DNA of 64,000 bases, taken from NCBI GenBank assembly GCA_030038605.1, contig JASHSU010000152.1, forward strand, positions 285 through 64,284, written 5' to 3'. The number at the start of each line of letters is the position of its first letter. Position 1 is the stretch's first letter. The DNA is from Thermoplasmata archaeon (GTDB lineage Archaea; Thermoplasmatota; Thermoplasmata; Lutacidiplasmatales; UBA184). Of this stretch, positions 63,068-64,000 are shown piece after piece. A program made the translations under genes and the position numbers. Below the pieces are notes generated by a model. It saw only the letters and a list, made by a program, of their open reading frames with translations, was not told the DNA's origin and made no database searches.

Positions 63068-64000
63068 GTGAAGAGCCGATGTCTCCGCCGGGTGGCCATC
63101 GCGGCGCTGGTCGTCCTTCTCGCACTCCCTGGCCTTTCGGTGACCTCCGGCTGGGGACCCTCTTCGGCGCCCGGGGGTGCGACCGGGTCGTTAGCGCCCC
63201 CCCACGGGTCGACCGCTTCGGCCTCCTCTGCCGTTCGGGTCGCTCCGGGGCCGGGACCCAACGCCCTCCTACCCCGCGGCTTTGCCGCCGGACCGGGACC
63301 ATCGCCGCCGTACCCGCTGCAGTACCCGCCGCCCACCGCGTCGTCACCGGCGGTGGTCGGGGCCCTCTTGCCGAACGCGCTGGCACTGGACGGCTTCGGC
63401 GCGAACGGAGCGCCCGCGCGGTACTCGTCCGTCCCGGTGCCGGTCGGACTCGCAGACCTGGGACGCGGGACTGGAGGCGACTACGCGTACACGACGTCCA
63501 GCTTCTTCGGCAATCTCACGGTCTCCTCGCTCGCCGCCTACTCGCCCGGGTATGCCCCGTGGTACGAGTCACCCGACGCACTGACCGTGAGCCTCAACAC
63601 GGTCGCCGAAGGCTTGACGCCGGGCGCCCCGGGCGGGGGTCTCTTCTGGGCCGAGAATGCGGTCCGGATCAACGGCAGTTCGCTCCAGTTCGAGGACAAC
63701 ATCTGGAACCTGTCTGGACCGGCGGCGGAGATGAACCCGTCCGACTTTGCCAACAACTCGGCCGCGGGCCTGCGCGCCTCGAACCTGCTGGGGTATGAGT
63801 TCTACGAGCACACCGGCCCGAGCCGGGCGCTCGCGTTCCCGCTCACGATCAACCTGTTCAACACGCTCGTGAACGAGGACGGGACTCCCGTCCTGTTCTT
63901 CAACTACAGTCTGGCGACGCCCGGAAGCGTCACGAACGGTACCTACGACCAGGTCGCGTTCAGCGGCAACTACTCGACCGCCCCGCTGCCGGCGTTCGTC
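63068..64000 (+). CDS. Second thermopsin-family protein (runs off window end)
   Basis: Manual translation from GTG 63068: signal peptide, PVPVGLADLG, LTVSLNTV, FWAENAV, FEDNIWNLS. Confidence 0.75.
   Translation, partial: MKSRCLRRVAIAALVVLLALPGLSVTSGWGPSSAPGGATGSLAPPHGSTASASSAVRVAPGPGPNALLPRGFAAGPGPSPPYPLQYPPPTASSPAVVGALLPNALALDGFGANGAPARYSSVPVPVGLADLGRGTGGDYAYTTSSFFGNLTVSSLAAYSPGYAPWYESPDALTVSLNTVAEGLTPGAPGGGLFWAENAVRINGSSLQFEDNIWNLSGPAAEMNPSDFANNSAAGLRASNLLGYEFYEHTGPSRALAFPLTINLFNTLVNEDGTPVLFFNYSLATPGSVTNGTYDQVAFSGNYSTAPLPAFV

Overview
This is a very GC-rich archaeal chromosomal segment. The gene set and protein style (eS1, eL37, uS15, fibrillarin, Lsm, A/V-type ATPase, gyrase A, single-OB SSB, thermopsins, 'FxExGLPxGTxWSV' surface repeats) point to a Thermoplasmata-type archaeon. 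That taxonomic call is inference. Most of the window is housekeeping: atpF/atpA, trpS, carAB, moaA, pstSCAB-phoU, truA, cysH-sat-cysC and two tRNAs. Two accessory systems stand out. (1) A compact, translationally coupled six-gene cluster at about 37.3-43.8 kb encodes a membrane-anchored PKD/Ig-like protein, a VirB2-like pilin, a VirB6-like membrane protein, a PrgI-like protein, a small membrane protein and a VirB4 ATPase. It has no relaxase, coupling protein or integrase and sits between housekeeping genes, so it is a candidate domesticated Ced/Ted-like DNA-exchange machine outside Crenarchaeota. (2) A PolB2 damage-tolerance cassette (inactive RadA-like protein, small helical partner, PolB2) is preceded by a DUF72 gene. 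Also notable are an EarP-like GT-B protein, an apparently inactivated M29 peptidase, a phased operator upstream of pstS, a tRNA-Glu with C33, and a surface-protein block (GH-A enzyme on 14 repeats, two thermopsins, a YVTN propeller). No CRISPR array or mobile element was found.
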